Source: an uncultured Dehalococcoidia bacterium (GTDB taxonomy: Bacteria; Chloroflexota; Dehalococcoidia; Lucifugimonadales; UBA3495). From it: 15,610 bases of DNA. This document shows positions 15,498 through 15,610 of the stretch, piece after piece. The notes below the pieces were generated by a model. The model saw only the letters and a program-made list of their open reading frames with translations, was not told the origin of the DNA and did no database searches. The stretch is from contig CATMOE010000070.1 of assembly GCA_950072105.1 (NCBI GenBank), positions 1 to 15,610 of the forward strand, in the 5' to 3' direction. The position numbers and the translations under genes were made by a program. Numbering within the stretch: position 1 is the first letter of the stretch; the number at the start of each line of letters is the position of its first letter.

Positions 15498-15610
15498 GGC
15501 TGGCGATTGCCTGATAGGTCGAAACAAGTAATTTTGAGGTGGACCCGGAAATTCGGACAGGTAGCTAAGTGAGGGACCCGCTCCTAAAATAAGCGCAGCT
15601 GTTGCTGTGA

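Overview
A GC-rich (roughly 60%) bacterial window with 13 intact or edge-truncated CDSs. It encodes a family-5 ABC substrate-binding protein, an LVIVD-repeat beta-propeller, two LigB/DesZ-like extradiol dioxygenases, two MFS transporters, an SDR, an orphan xanthine-dehydrogenase/CoxL-family molybdopterin large subunit, a SirB1/YchA-type protein, a class II aldolase, a YbaK/EbsC deacylase, a SAM methyltransferase and an enolase-superfamily enzyme. This paralog-rich catabolic mix resembles SAR202/Dehalococcoidia Chloroflexota (inference only). The main discovery is that the methyltransferase is longer than the ORF track shows. A strong RBS and ATG at 12921 (- strand) give M-V-TGA-S-Q-C, with an in-frame UGA forming a UxxC motif. 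A perfect G-loop hairpin at bacterial-SECIS distance follows, making this a candidate selenoprotein methyltransferase in an MFS-MTase-YbaK operon. The Mo-hydroxylase subunit lacks the catalytic Glu, only 1 of 13 genes ends in TGA, and the intergenic regions carry several REP/MITE-like repeat families.
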